Source: a virus. Taken from it: a stretch of 41,010 bases of DNA. This document shows positions 10,501 to 18,949 of this stretch, one piece after another. The notes beneath the pieces are model-generated. The model ran no database searches and was not told the DNA's origin. It worked only from the letters and a program-made list of their open reading frames with translations. The stretch lies in the UHGV virus genome UHGV-0278352. The stretch is one strand, 5' to 3'. Numbering within the stretch: position 1 is the first letter of the stretch; each line of letters starts with the position of its first letter. The translations under genes were made by a program, and so were the position numbers.

Positions 10501-13500
10501 AAGGATGCCGCGATATCTGGATGAATGCGGCTGGAGAGGCCAGTGAACGGTATAAATCAGGAGCAGAGCTTGTTGAAAATAGTCAGGCAGAAACAATGAC
10601 GAAGAGACAAGCACCAGGGGTAAGTGAGAAAACAGAACAGGGTATAAGATATCAGCTAGAGGATATTGACGATACCACAACCCAAAGGCGGATTGACGCA
10701 CTACTATATGAAAACCAGGCTTTGAAAGAAGCCAATGAGCTGCTGGAAAAACAGTTTAAAATAAGTCCAAAGAGTGCTGTAAGACAGCAGGATGTTAAAA
10801 AGGTGTCCCGCAATCTGCTAAAAGAATATAATAGCACATATAAACAGGAGACGTTAGAAAAGAATCTGGATAGGCTATATGGATATATAAGGGGGGCCGA
10901 ACATGTTGACAGTGCGGAATTGACAGAGGCGGCTACAAGTATAGCCAGAAGCGTGCTGAAACAGTCAAAACAGGTTGATACAGAACTCACACAGCAGTAT
11001 AAGGACCTGCGTAACCAGATCCGGAATACGAAAATTAATATTACTAACCAGGATAAAGCAGACTTAGCGTCAGCAGGAGGCTACAATGAATTTAGGAGAA
11101 GAAACTTCGGGCGTATGAAGCTGGGAAATGATGGCATATCCATTGACAGCTTTTACCAGGAGCTTTCAGCGCAGCACCCGGAACTGTTTTCTGAGGATGT
11201 AACGCATCCGGCAGACCAGCTTATGGCAATTGCTGATGTTCTCGACCAGACAGACGCACAGGTATCTAATCCATATCACGCCAATATGGATGAAATGGCA
11301 TATATGGTAGGGCAGGATATATTGCAGTCCTACTTTGATGTACGTCAGGCACAGCCTACTTTTGCGGACCGTAAAGCGGCAGAGGTACAGCGAGTGCAAC
11401 GGGAATACACTCGAAAGATGGCAGATTATAAAAAATCCCTTAAGCAGCAGTATATTAGTAAGCTGGAACAGGTTAGGAAGGAGAATGGTCAGAAAATACA
11501 GGAGCTATCGAAAGCCTATCGGAATCTGACTGCGGCACAGCAGAGGGAACAGGCGGAATTTTATAGAGAGAAGATGGATTCCCTCAGAAATGAAAAGAAT
11601 CAGGCACTGGCGGCTATGCAGCAAAGAAGTCGAGAACAGACAAAAATGATACGGGAAAGCCAGAGGGCCAGAGAAGCAAAGAAATCCATCATGAAGGAAA
11701 CGAAGGCCATGCAGAGCTGGCTGCTGAAACCAACTGATTCAAAGCATGTGCCAGAGGTTTTGAGGACTACTGTAGCAAGGTTCCTGGAAAATATTGATTT
11801 TTCATCCAATGAATTAAATAATGACGGTATTCCGACACAAAGAAGTCAGGCGTGGGATGATGCTCAAAAGGCATTTAGAAAGATAATTGAGAATGAGGGC
11901 GTGTGTGAAGATGGAGAAACCTTTATAGATATCGATCCGGATTTAGCCGTCAGGATGGAAGAACTGGTCAATAAAACGAAAGGAATAGATAAACTGGATA
12001 ACCTGGATGCATATACCCTGGAAGAACTGAAAAAGGTTGTTGTATCCATGAAAAAGGCAATTACAGAAGCAAATAGCCTTAAAAGCAATAGAAAATCAGG
12101 TCAACTGAGTATTCTTGCCGAAGGAGTGTTCCGTGATTTGGGAGATAGGAGGAACCGACAGGAATATGCAATGCTTGTAGGAGGAGCGGATAAGCTGCTC
12201 AATTATGATATGCTGGACCCGCAGACTATGTTTGGACAGATGGGGGATAATGTTAAATCAACATATGATTCCCTGAGAGATGGATTAAACAGAAAGACAG
12301 TGAAATTAAAAATTGCTCAGAACTACATTGAGGACCTTCTGAAAGAAAACAATGTATCCTTTAAAGATTTAAGAGAGTGGACAGGAAAAGATGCAAAACC
12401 GAAACGGTTTAAAACATCTTCTGGAACAATTGAACTCACGGTCTCAGAAGTAATGTCGCTGTATGAACTAAATAAACGTAATCAGGCGCGGGGACATATG
12501 TATGATAGAAATGGCGGTATTAAACATGCGCCAAGAGTCAGTAAACTACATTTTGAAAATGGAAAGCTTATCCCATCCAGAATTGATAAAAATTATTCTC
12601 CACTTAAGGTAAGCGAGGCCGATGTAGAGCTTATTGTCAATACACTTACTCCTGAACAAAAAGCACTGGCAGATGGTATGCAGCGTTTCATGGGAAATGA
12701 ATGTGCTGAGTGGGGGAATGAGGTAACCATGGAGATGTATGGCTATCAGAAATTCACTGCTGGTAACTACTTTCCTATTGTGACTGATAATAACTATATT
12801 CAGACAAAACAGGGGGATATGACAAAAAAGAAGAGTACCATTAAAAATATGGGAATCACAAAAAACACAATTAAGAATGCGAATAATCCAATTATAATCG
12901 AAGATATTTTTGATGTGTACACCAGACAGGTAGACCATATGAGTACCTATAATGCATATGTAATTCCTTTGTCGGATTTGAATAAGGTATTTAATTATAA
13001 GGATACGCGAAATGAGGCAAGCGGATCCAGCATAAAGCAGGAGATCGAGCGCACGTATGGGAAAGCGGGAAATGCTTACATTGATAAATTGCTTGATGAT
13101 ATAAATGGGAGTATTTATACTGAAAAAAGCATAGGGGACAAACTGCTTTCAAATATGAAAGCGGCGTCCGTCGCTGGAAATCTACGTGTTGCCATTCAGC
13201 AGCCAACAGCGTATGTCAGGGCCTCAATGGAAATATCACCGAAGTATCTGTCACGGGGAGCAATGACAATGACAAGAAAAGGACAGTGGGACCTTATATG
13301 CCAGTATGCGCCGATTGCGCAATGGAAAGACTGGGGATTCTATCGAATGGATACCAGCAGACAAATGAAGGATGTCATGTTTAACACGGATACCATGAAG
13401 CAGAGGTTTGTAAACAAGACAATGATATTAGCTGAAAAGGGGGATGAGTTAGCATGGAACAGGTTATGGAGGGCATGTGAGTTTGAGTGTCTGGATAAAC

Positions 13501-14954
13501 ACTCTGAACTAAAAGAAGGTACACAAGAATTCTATACAGAAGTAGGAAAAAGATTCAGCGAGATTGTTGACAAAACACAGGTGGTTGATTCCGTGCTTCA
13601 TCGAACCCAGATTATGAGAAGCAACCATGCGCTTGATAGACTGGCAACTAACTTCATGGCAGAACCATTGAAATCTTATAATATGCTCTATCGTGCAGCT
13701 GTAGATATCAAATTGAACAAGAAGGGGGCTAAAAGCCGTGCTGTACGCGCTGGAGCTGTGTTTATCTTAAACGGTGTATGCACGGCGGCGGCGGCCGCGG
13801 TTGTGGATGCCTTAAGGGATGATGATAGGGATAAAGATTACTGGGATAAGTATAGGGAGAGTCTGAAAGATAATATGTTAGACTCAATCAATATTATCAA
13901 TAATATTCCATGGGGAAAGGATGTGGTTTCGGCTGTAGTGCAAGGATACTCACCGACCAGGGCTGACTTATCTGGATTCCAAGATATCTATTATGCATTT
14001 AGCAGAATAGATAAATTAAAGGAAGGAGACAGCAAATATACCCCTCAGTCAGTGGCAATATACAGTGCAAGGATGGCAAGTAAACTTTTGGGCCTACCTG
14101 TTAATAGCATGGTACGAGATGCAGAGGCCATAGTTGACACTGCCATAAATGAATCGGGTAACGAATCAGCAGATTATAAATGGTTAAAACAGAAATATGC
14201 CATTGGTAGTAAAGAAAACCTGGGGCTATATGTTGGTATGATGATTGAAGCTTACCGCAACGATGATAATGAATTCCAGAAACAGATTAAAGAAGATTTA
14301 AATGCAGCAGGTATTGATAATGATAGCATATCTCAAAAAATCAAGACATTAATCAAGGGTGAACTTATATCAGACAAATCAGTGGACCCCAGAGTTGACG
14401 AAGCCGCAAAGGCGAAAATAAGTATGGACTTGAAATCATACGAAGCCGCCATAAATGAGCTGATGGAAGATGGATATGCAGGTAAACTGATAGGCTCTGC
14501 AATCACAGCGAGAATAAATCAGTTGAGTGGGGATGATGAGATAGACTGGGAGGCAGAGGCGGAGGTGGAACCGGATGAACTATATGGAGAGATACTGACA
14601 GGAAAGGCGGCGGAAGAGGATGATTGGAACCCATATACCTCCGGGGACATCATAACAGCGATAGAAATGATAGACAGGACCCCTCAATCGTTAGAGACAT
14701 TTAATCATATTGCATCAGCTATGGTTGACTACAAAGTGAAAGCTGGAAAGAAGGCAGAGGACGCTGCATCGACAATGAAGTCATCCATAACAAGAAAATA
14801 CAAAGCAGAATGGATTGAGGCATATCGGACCGGTAATAGAGCAGGATATGAAGAAATTCAAAGAAAATTAAACTATCTTAAGGTGAACGGAAAAACATTA
14901 TATAGCGGAAAAGAATACTCTTCCTGGAGGGAGGAAGCAAGAAAAAAGCAGTAA
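7503..14954 (+). CDS. giant 2483-aa phage protein with an HExxH (zincin-like) motif, a Gly/Ala-rich tape-measure-like segment and extended coiled coils; function unknown (candidate virion or ejected polyvalent protein, or atypical tape measure)
   Basis: Single uninterrupted ORF; SHELTHF at nt 10125-10145 (about aa 876); Gly/Ala-rich hydrophobic block around aa 395-560 (nt about 8690-9180); last gene of the late operon, followed by a strong terminator. Confidence 0.85.
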   Translation: MAVKKNYDKYNMFASSSNTEEDEKEDNVSVAARIFERRRQALKQDGATSTESGMSPAEIFKKRKEYLKTATQRTPEQTDILRADREEARKLSQKLSVSPNKKLYATPDQQPQNAGSPFAPIRQTPEQKSQVEEYARRLAEKTKQEKQAKQKREQEQQETKRILDKTGFQDGYQFKRYVDLPNEPDFAETIDKAKNNDPSWMERIQFWKNEANPVEDAFREIESMQKGPIWNRQPANKEDILSRTEGMETEHASSLRKYSMLTDNERYTYDYVFEKAGRDAANKYLATLQDKINQRSALDRYERADKSVPNALKIPYNIGKSAEIGAESAIRGMEYLPDAIRGKQKDYSNTESEYYQSLLNGNAGGAERFAYNTASVIGNMAPSIAAGMVSGGAGATAGASGKIGAMVANAASKGTVGIGILSAQTAGQTYRQDIMEGRPVEGAQINAALTAADEYVTNWLLGGIAAYGGGAVGKALKNSKVGQAAKQGISNALAKNPAVRRAVLGVANYGGAMFSEGTQEAVQDLTESIRKSAIYGDKLDLVGDLTDPQTWEDFALGAVTAGILNAPGTIANNVAINQYGKNLNPDYRDYSQMDISPENYTSQDDYREAVNLKKLAEEYAERQRRGEFIKNREKAEYDMRFQEFQNNVSDHNNAKSDDTNAQNEPHRQEAVRDEESQEQTYEAEYGPYNEPVVMPVEGETTGKDSYIPETNKINVAEAYRTPYGENGGKALEENYDGSVDISTYNRAFGRVYDAGRYDVDLSVAEQSAIVSVLTPEQVTAAYKAGAQDRNKEMQIDIKTGLPTNMIQGETKTGGLGAVTENASEAQRTVAEHVGKMTGLKINLVDDVGEGNATASYKHGEITLSVNASDFNGALSHELTHFIKDYANDAYNVYTKYAVQALMESDSVSLEDLVEQYETAYSKAGQEASREEIMDDIVADATQKFLNDSQFAESIVKKDRTLAQKIVDFFTDVIDALKSLMKTGSTRKAAKALEEKVTYFEGCRDIWMNAAGEASERYKSGAELVENSQAETMTKRQAPGVSEKTEQGIRYQLEDIDDTTTQRRIDALLYENQALKEANELLEKQFKISPKSAVRQQDVKKVSRNLLKEYNSTYKQETLEKNLDRLYGYIRGAEHVDSAELTEAATSIARSVLKQSKQVDTELTQQYKDLRNQIRNTKINITNQDKADLASAGGYNEFRRRNFGRMKLGNDGISIDSFYQELSAQHPELFSEDVTHPADQLMAIADVLDQTDAQVSNPYHANMDEMAYMVGQDILQSYFDVRQAQPTFADRKAAEVQRVQREYTRKMADYKKSLKQQYISKLEQVRKENGQKIQELSKAYRNLTAAQQREQAEFYREKMDSLRNEKNQALAAMQQRSREQTKMIRESQRAREAKKSIMKETKAMQSWLLKPTDSKHVPEVLRTTVARFLENIDFSSNELNNDGIPTQRSQAWDDAQKAFRKIIENEGVCEDGETFIDIDPDLAVRMEELVNKTKGIDKLDNLDAYTLEELKKVVVSMKKAITEANSLKSNRKSGQLSILAEGVFRDLGDRRNRQEYAMLVGGADKLLNYDMLDPQTMFGQMGDNVKSTYDSLRDGLNRKTVKLKIAQNYIEDLLKENNVSFKDLREWTGKDAKPKRFKTSSGTIELTVSEVMSLYELNKRNQARGHMYDRNGGIKHAPRVSKLHFENGKLIPSRIDKNYSPLKVSEADVELIVNTLTPEQKALADGMQRFMGNECAEWGNEVTMEMYGYQKFTAGNYFPIVTDNNYIQTKQGDMTKKKSTIKNMGITKNTIKNANNPIIIEDIFDVYTRQVDHMSTYNAYVIPLSDLNKVFNYKDTRNEASGSSIKQEIERTYGKAGNAYIDKLLDDINGSIYTEKSIGDKLLSNMKAASVAGNLRVAIQQPTAYVRASMEISPKYLSRGAMTMTRKGQWDLICQYAPIAQWKDWGFYRMDTSRQMKDVMFNTDTMKQRFVNKTMILAEKGDELAWNRLWRACEFECLDKHSELKEGTQEFYTEVGKRFSEIVDKTQVVDSVLHRTQIMRSNHALDRLATNFMAEPLKSYNMLYRAAVDIKLNKKGAKSRAVRAGAVFILNGVCTAAAAAVVDALRDDDRDKDYWDKYRESLKDNMLDSINIINNIPWGKDVVSAVVQGYSPTRADLSGFQDIYYAFSRIDKLKEGDSKYTPQSVAIYSARMASKLLGLPVNSMVRDAEAIVDTAINESGNESADYKWLKQKYAIGSKENLGLYVGMMIEAYRNDDNEFQKQIKEDLNAAGIDNDSISQKIKTLIKGELISDKSVDPRVDEAAKAKISMDLKSYEAAINELMEDGYAGKLIGSAITARINQLSGDDEIDWEAEAEVEPDELYGEILTGKAAEEDDWNPYTSGDIITAIEMIDRTPQSLETFNHIASAMVDYKVKAGKKAEDAASTMKSSITRKYKAEWIEAYRTGNRAGYEEIQRKLNYLKVNGKTLYSGKEYSSWREEARKKQ

Positions 14955-14960
14955 GATTAT

Positions 14961-14990
14961 GGCAGTGGAAACACTGCCATTTTTTGTAAT
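14961..14990 (+). terminator. rho-independent terminator of the late operon
   Basis: GGCAGTG-gaaaca-CACTGCC hairpin followed by TTTTTTGT. Confidence 0.8.
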
Positions 14991-15059
14991 TATTTCCATA
15001 ATTTACCACGTAAAATAAAACCTAATAGTCGTAAAATAGTTACATAAGGAGGTGAGAAG

Positions 15060-15236
15060 ATGGGAAAGGATGAACCACCAGAAGAACAGCGGGAAACTCT
15101 AAATGATGATGATTTACAGAGAGAATGGGATTGGGTAAAGAAGAGAGGCAGGTATATTGATAATCAGATACCGAAAGCACCTGAAAATGAATTTGAAAAA
15201 ATATGGGAGAGGGTGAGAAAAGAACGCGAAAAGTAG
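15060..15236 (+). CDS. small charged hypothetical protein (58 aa)
   Basis: Strong RBS AAGGAGGTGA, ATG 15060, TAG 15234-15236; below the ORF-track cutoff; the overlapping minus-strand ORF 15040..15249 looks like antisense noise. Confidence 0.45.
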   Translation: MGKDEPPEEQRETLNDDDLQREWDWVKKRGRYIDNQIPKAPENEFEKIWERVRKEREK

Positions 15237-15318
15237 GGTGAATAACCACAGGTTGGAATAACTTACCACTAAATGTTAAAGTATCCTTACGGTATAATAA
15301 TGGTGAGGAGGCGGTGGT

Positions 15319-15675
15319 ATGGAAAATGCAAAAGAATCAAAAGACATAGCGGAGTTACTTATACACCTGGGTATTAATAGGACATATGTAGGATATCATT
15401 ATATTGTTTATGGAATATCCCGTGCATCGGTGGATCCTAATTTGGTAACCTACATATCAAAGGGACTATATGTGGAGATAGCATCACATTTTCACACATC
15501 GACGGAATGCGTAGAACGAAATATAAGAACAGCAATTCATACGATATGGTCATATGGTGATAGGAAACTACTGAACGCAGTGTTTGGTTCAACGCTAAAG
15601 GAGAGGCCCTGTAATGGGGAATTTATAAGGGCCTTGTTGTGTTATGTCGAAAACAAGGACATGGTTGGAAAGTAA
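15319..15675 (+). CDS. standalone Spo0A C-terminal DNA-binding domain protein (Spo0A_C-like, no receiver domain)
   Basis: Aligns by eye with the B. subtilis Spo0A effector domain: [24 protein letters not shown] vs [55 protein letters not shown] vs [43 protein letters not shown] vs KPTNSEFIAMVA. RBS GGTGAGGAGG. Confidence 0.8.
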   Translation: [118 protein letters not shown]

Positions 15676-15678
15676 TAA

Positions 15679-15705
15679 AGGCAGACTGTTGAGCCTGCCT
15701 TTTTC
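15679..15705 (+). terminator. rho-independent terminator after the Spo0A_C-like gene
   Basis: AGGCAG-actgttgagc-CTGCCT followed by TTTTT. Confidence 0.7.
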
Positions 15706-15834
15706 AGTGTTTTCCCCTTTACTTGCTATCTGCAATGTAGTATGATAATTAACAATTGTACCCATATTAGTAACAAGGGAGGTTTGTTAATTTGAAGGAT
15801 AGTATTAACATACTTACTACCAGAATAACAAAGG

Positions 15835-17220
15835 CTAGAAATTCCAGTAAACACGTATGTTTTCGCCTTCTACCACTACTTTTTCTATAAGCATTCCGGC
15901 TATGTCGCATTGAGTAGCGTAGTCAACATTACGTATACAGGTTGACATTTTGATTATTTCTTCTGATTTTAAAGTATTCTGTGCAGATAAGAGAACTTTG
16001 ACCTTTTCTCGTTGCTGGTTAAGTTCTCTTATTTTATCGTCTATTTGTTCTCTGGATACAGAACCGAGGCTATATAAGTCAATAAGCCGTTCCTGGCGCG
16101 AATCAATCTGTTTCAACTCCTGAAGCAGAGAGGCTGTATCATTTTTGCCATTACCAGTAGAATAATCTTTGTATTTTAATGATTCAATTTGAGTAATGAC
16201 TTTATCTTCTAATGCTTCTTGACGATATATTTTGGATTGGCACCTATTTGGCATATCTATTTTACGGCCCTGACAGGAATAATATCCGTATTCTTTTTTT
16301 ATGCCACCTATTTTTGTTTGCGAGTTACGACGATAATAAGGGAGCCCGCAGGTACCACAAACTGTTAATCCAGATAACATATACTTTGTGTAAGTGGTAT
16401 GTTCTCCAAAAGTGGATAGATAAGTATTTAATCGGTTGTTGGCCTTTTCGAAAAGCTCATTGTCAATCAGAGGCATATGATTTCCTGGGAAATATTCATC
16501 TTTATATTTGACCATGCCTATGTAAACTTTATTTTGTATGGTATAAGTGATACCGGTACTATCTGACCAATTGCCATATTTATTTGAGTATTTTTGAGAG
16601 AGATAACGGGCCATATTTTTAACATTGTACGGCATGTTGGGGATACCGTTTGCAGCAATAGTGAATAGTTCCCGTATCTGCATGGCCTCATAGTCGTTGA
16701 CCTCTAAGTTACCCTCTTTATAATCATAACCTATCGGGGGTCTGCTGGTTCCTTTCCAGTATCCTTTTCTGGCTCGTCCTTTCATTCCCATTGTCATTCG
16801 TTCTTTGATGTTTTCGCGTTCTAGTTGGGCGAATGTAGCAAGTAACCCTACAGCAGCTCGACCGAAGGGCGTACTGGTATCGAAGCTTTCACTCATTGAT
16901 ACAAAATCAACATCATTTTTCAGAAAAACATCTTCTATCAGATACATAGTATCTTTTTGTGAACGTGAGATACGATCAAGTTTGTATACCAAAACGCTGT
17001 CATAGGCTTTTATCTCTGATATGAGCTTTTGAAGCCCAGGGCGCTCCAGATTGGAGCCGGAGAAACCAGGGTCTATGTATAGTTCTGATACCACCCATCC
17101 CATTGCCTTGCAGTATTGCACCAGTCGTTCCTTTTGTTCATCAATGGAATACCCCTCCTGTGCCTGCTCATACGTTGAAACACGTATGTAAATAGCTACT
17201 CGTTTAACATCTTTACGCAT
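15835..17220 (-). CDS. large serine recombinase (integrase)
   Basis: N-terminal resolvase domain RVAIYIRVSTYEQ (catalytic Ser), recombinase domain, zinc ribbon CGTCGLPYY...YYSCQGR and C-terminal coiled coil; 461 aa. Confidence 0.9.
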   Translation of the reverse strand: MRKDVKRVAIYIRVSTYEQAQEGYSIDEQKERLVQYCKAMGWVVSELYIDPGFSGSNLERPGLQKLISEIKAYDSVLVYKLDRISRSQKDTMYLIEDVFLKNDVDFVSMSESFDTSTPFGRAAVGLLATFAQLERENIKERMTMGMKGRARKGYWKGTSRPPIGYDYKEGNLEVNDYEAMQIRELFTIAANGIPNMPYNVKNMARYLSQKYSNKYGNWSDSTGITYTIQNKVYIGMVKYKDEYFPGNHMPLIDNELFEKANNRLNTYLSTFGEHTTYTKYMLSGLTVCGTCGLPYYRRNSQTKIGGIKKEYGYYSCQGRKIDMPNRCQSKIYRQEALEDKVITQIESLKYKDYSTGNGKNDTASLLQELKQIDSRQERLIDLYSLGSVSREQIDDKIRELNQQREKVKVLLSAQNTLKSEEIIKMSTCIRNVDYATQCDIAGMLIEKVVVEGENIRVYWNF

Positions 17221-17389
17221 ATTATCATTCCTCTCTTAAAGTATTTTTGAGTATAAAAAGAACACCCATTGCAGAATGTGGTGCCGAATGATATAATATG
17301 CGTAGGTTTGGGAGACCTGATATTATTTCGGGCATGTCCTGCAATAGTATCCATAAGACCGTTCCTGTTGGCGCAGGGGCGGTTTTATT

Positions 17390-18220
17390 TTATAAAATAT
17401 AATTTGAGAGTACTGCCCATAGTGCAGCAAGAATTGCAATTATCATGATAAACATTTCTTTATTATCAAATTTATGGGGCTGCATGCTTTTTTGAGAATC
17501 CTTGTCGGTTGGCTCTGTCGGAATTGGTGATTTCTTATCCGATGATGCCGTTTCATCATATATTTGATGCATTCTATTTTCTGTTTTTCTGGTACCGGCA
17601 TTTGTATACTTAGCTATAATTTCAATCGAAGTATTGAAATATTTAAATAATGTATTAGTAACAGATATAAATATATTTGAATAAAATGACATTTCAAAAA
17701 TGTCAATTAGAATTATGGGATCAATATCTTCGAATTTTGCGCGTAAATGGTTTTTAATAAAATAAAGAGAAAAATCACCAAACGCAACACAACAGCGCAT
17801 TAAACCATCTTGAATATGATTATCTTTGTAACGTGGGTAATCCTTGGTCAAATAATACCCACAAGGCTCATAATCACCAAAATAAATTTTTTCATAATCT
17901 GCTATTCTATTCTTGATGAAAGTAGTAACATCAGAGGAAGATATATTATAGGTTTTTTCTAAAGTTTCTGAGAACAAGGTCGCTTTTAGATAGACAACAT
18001 TGGCCATAGGTTGTATTTGTTCGGGGGTATAACAACGTGTTACCATTCCAACTACAGTAGAGATAAAAACTAATAATGAACAATATTCAAGCCCTATGCA
18101 CGATTTTTCATAGTAAGAATCATGCTCAGAATTATTATAATTTTCGTCTATTATATTATCAATATTATGTATGGTTAATTTAAGATTTTCTAATAACTGA
18201 GAGTTTAATTCATTCTCCAT
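17390..18220 (-). CDS. AT-rich accessory protein with a C-terminal transmembrane anchor (276 aa); candidate exclusion or defence function
   Basis: ORF track; N/I/K/Y-rich composition unlike the surrounding genes; C-terminus MFIMIIAILAALWAVLSNYIL; lies between immA and the recombinase in the same orientation (operon-like). Confidence 0.6.
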   Translation of the reverse strand: MENELNSQLLENLKLTIHNIDNIIDENYNNSEHDSYYEKSCIGLEYCSLLVFISTVVGMVTRCYTPEQIQPMANVVYLKATLFSETLEKTYNISSSDVTTFIKNRIADYEKIYFGDYEPCGYYLTKDYPRYKDNHIQDGLMRCCVAFGDFSLYFIKNHLRAKFEDIDPIILIDIFEMSFYSNIFISVTNTLFKYFNTSIEIIAKYTNAGTRKTENRMHQIYDETASSDKKSPIPTEPTDKDSQKSMQPHKFDNKEMFIMIIAILAALWAVLSNYIL

Positions 18221-18274
18221 TGTAATCCCCCGTATTTTGATATTATATATTTTTATCCGTTTTGTATTTTTACG

Positions 18275-18949
18275 CTAAAAACAAAGTTCATCAGACATTT
18301 CCCATTTAATTACCTTTTTTTTATAATATTCAGTTATATAGTCTTGAAATGTATAAACAAGTCTTTTTTCCATTACACTTTCAGGTCTAAGAGCGGATAA
18401 TCTATATTCTAAACTTCTAAAATACTCAGATTTTTTTAAAGCGATTTCGTAAGGTATTTTACAGATGGAATATATTTTATTGGCGGTAAGGGCATCCAGG
18501 TGCTCCAGAATGATATCTGGGCAGGCCAGGAAGAGAGATAAATCACGCGCCTCAGCTTCAAGCACGCCTTTTGATGCCCCAAATCCATTATTTCCTATTA
18601 AGTCAATTACATGGCCCAACTCAATATGTGAAAGTTCATGCATCAAAGCCCATCGTTGCTCCTCCTTGCTACAATATGTATTAATACCTATGATATAGTG
18701 AGTGCGGTATTTAAATTCACTCCTGGGAGTGACAAAAGCATTTCCTAAAGTACGAACAATAATTTTGGGAGATTCCCCTGGCGGCGGAATCTCATAATAT
18801 GGTTTTACTGTATAGTCTCTTCGGCCTAATATAGCGATTGGATCTAATGGAAGTCCACATATTGCTTCTCGCATATAAAAACTATAGGCAAGAGCCTTAA
18901 GGTGTTCATTTCTAGTCATTTGAATCTGGAGTCTCCTTAAGCGAGTCAA
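18275..18949 (-). CDS. immA: ImmA/IrrE-family (M78) zinc metalloprotease anti-repressor
   Basis: HExxH motif MHELSHIELGH; overlaps the upstream repressor gene by 38 nt as in immR-immA operons. Confidence 0.85.
   Translation of the reverse strand: MTRLRRLQIQMTRNEHLKALAYSFYMREAICGLPLDPIAILGRRDYTVKPYYEIPPPGESPKIIVRTLGNAFVTPRSEFKYRTHYIIGINTYCSKEEQRWALMHELSHIELGHVIDLIGNNGFGASKGVLEAEARDLSLFLACPDIILEHLDALTANKIYSICKIPYEIALKKSEYFRSLEYRLSALRPESVMEKRLVYTFQDYITEYYKKKVIKWEMSDELCF

Noticed and set aside
17221-17389. attP for the serine recombinase in the 170-bp region upstream of its start
   Set aside because: Serine-integrase att sites have no strong consensus. I could not identify convincing imperfect inverted repeats around a central dinucleotide by eye; left as unassigned promoter region.
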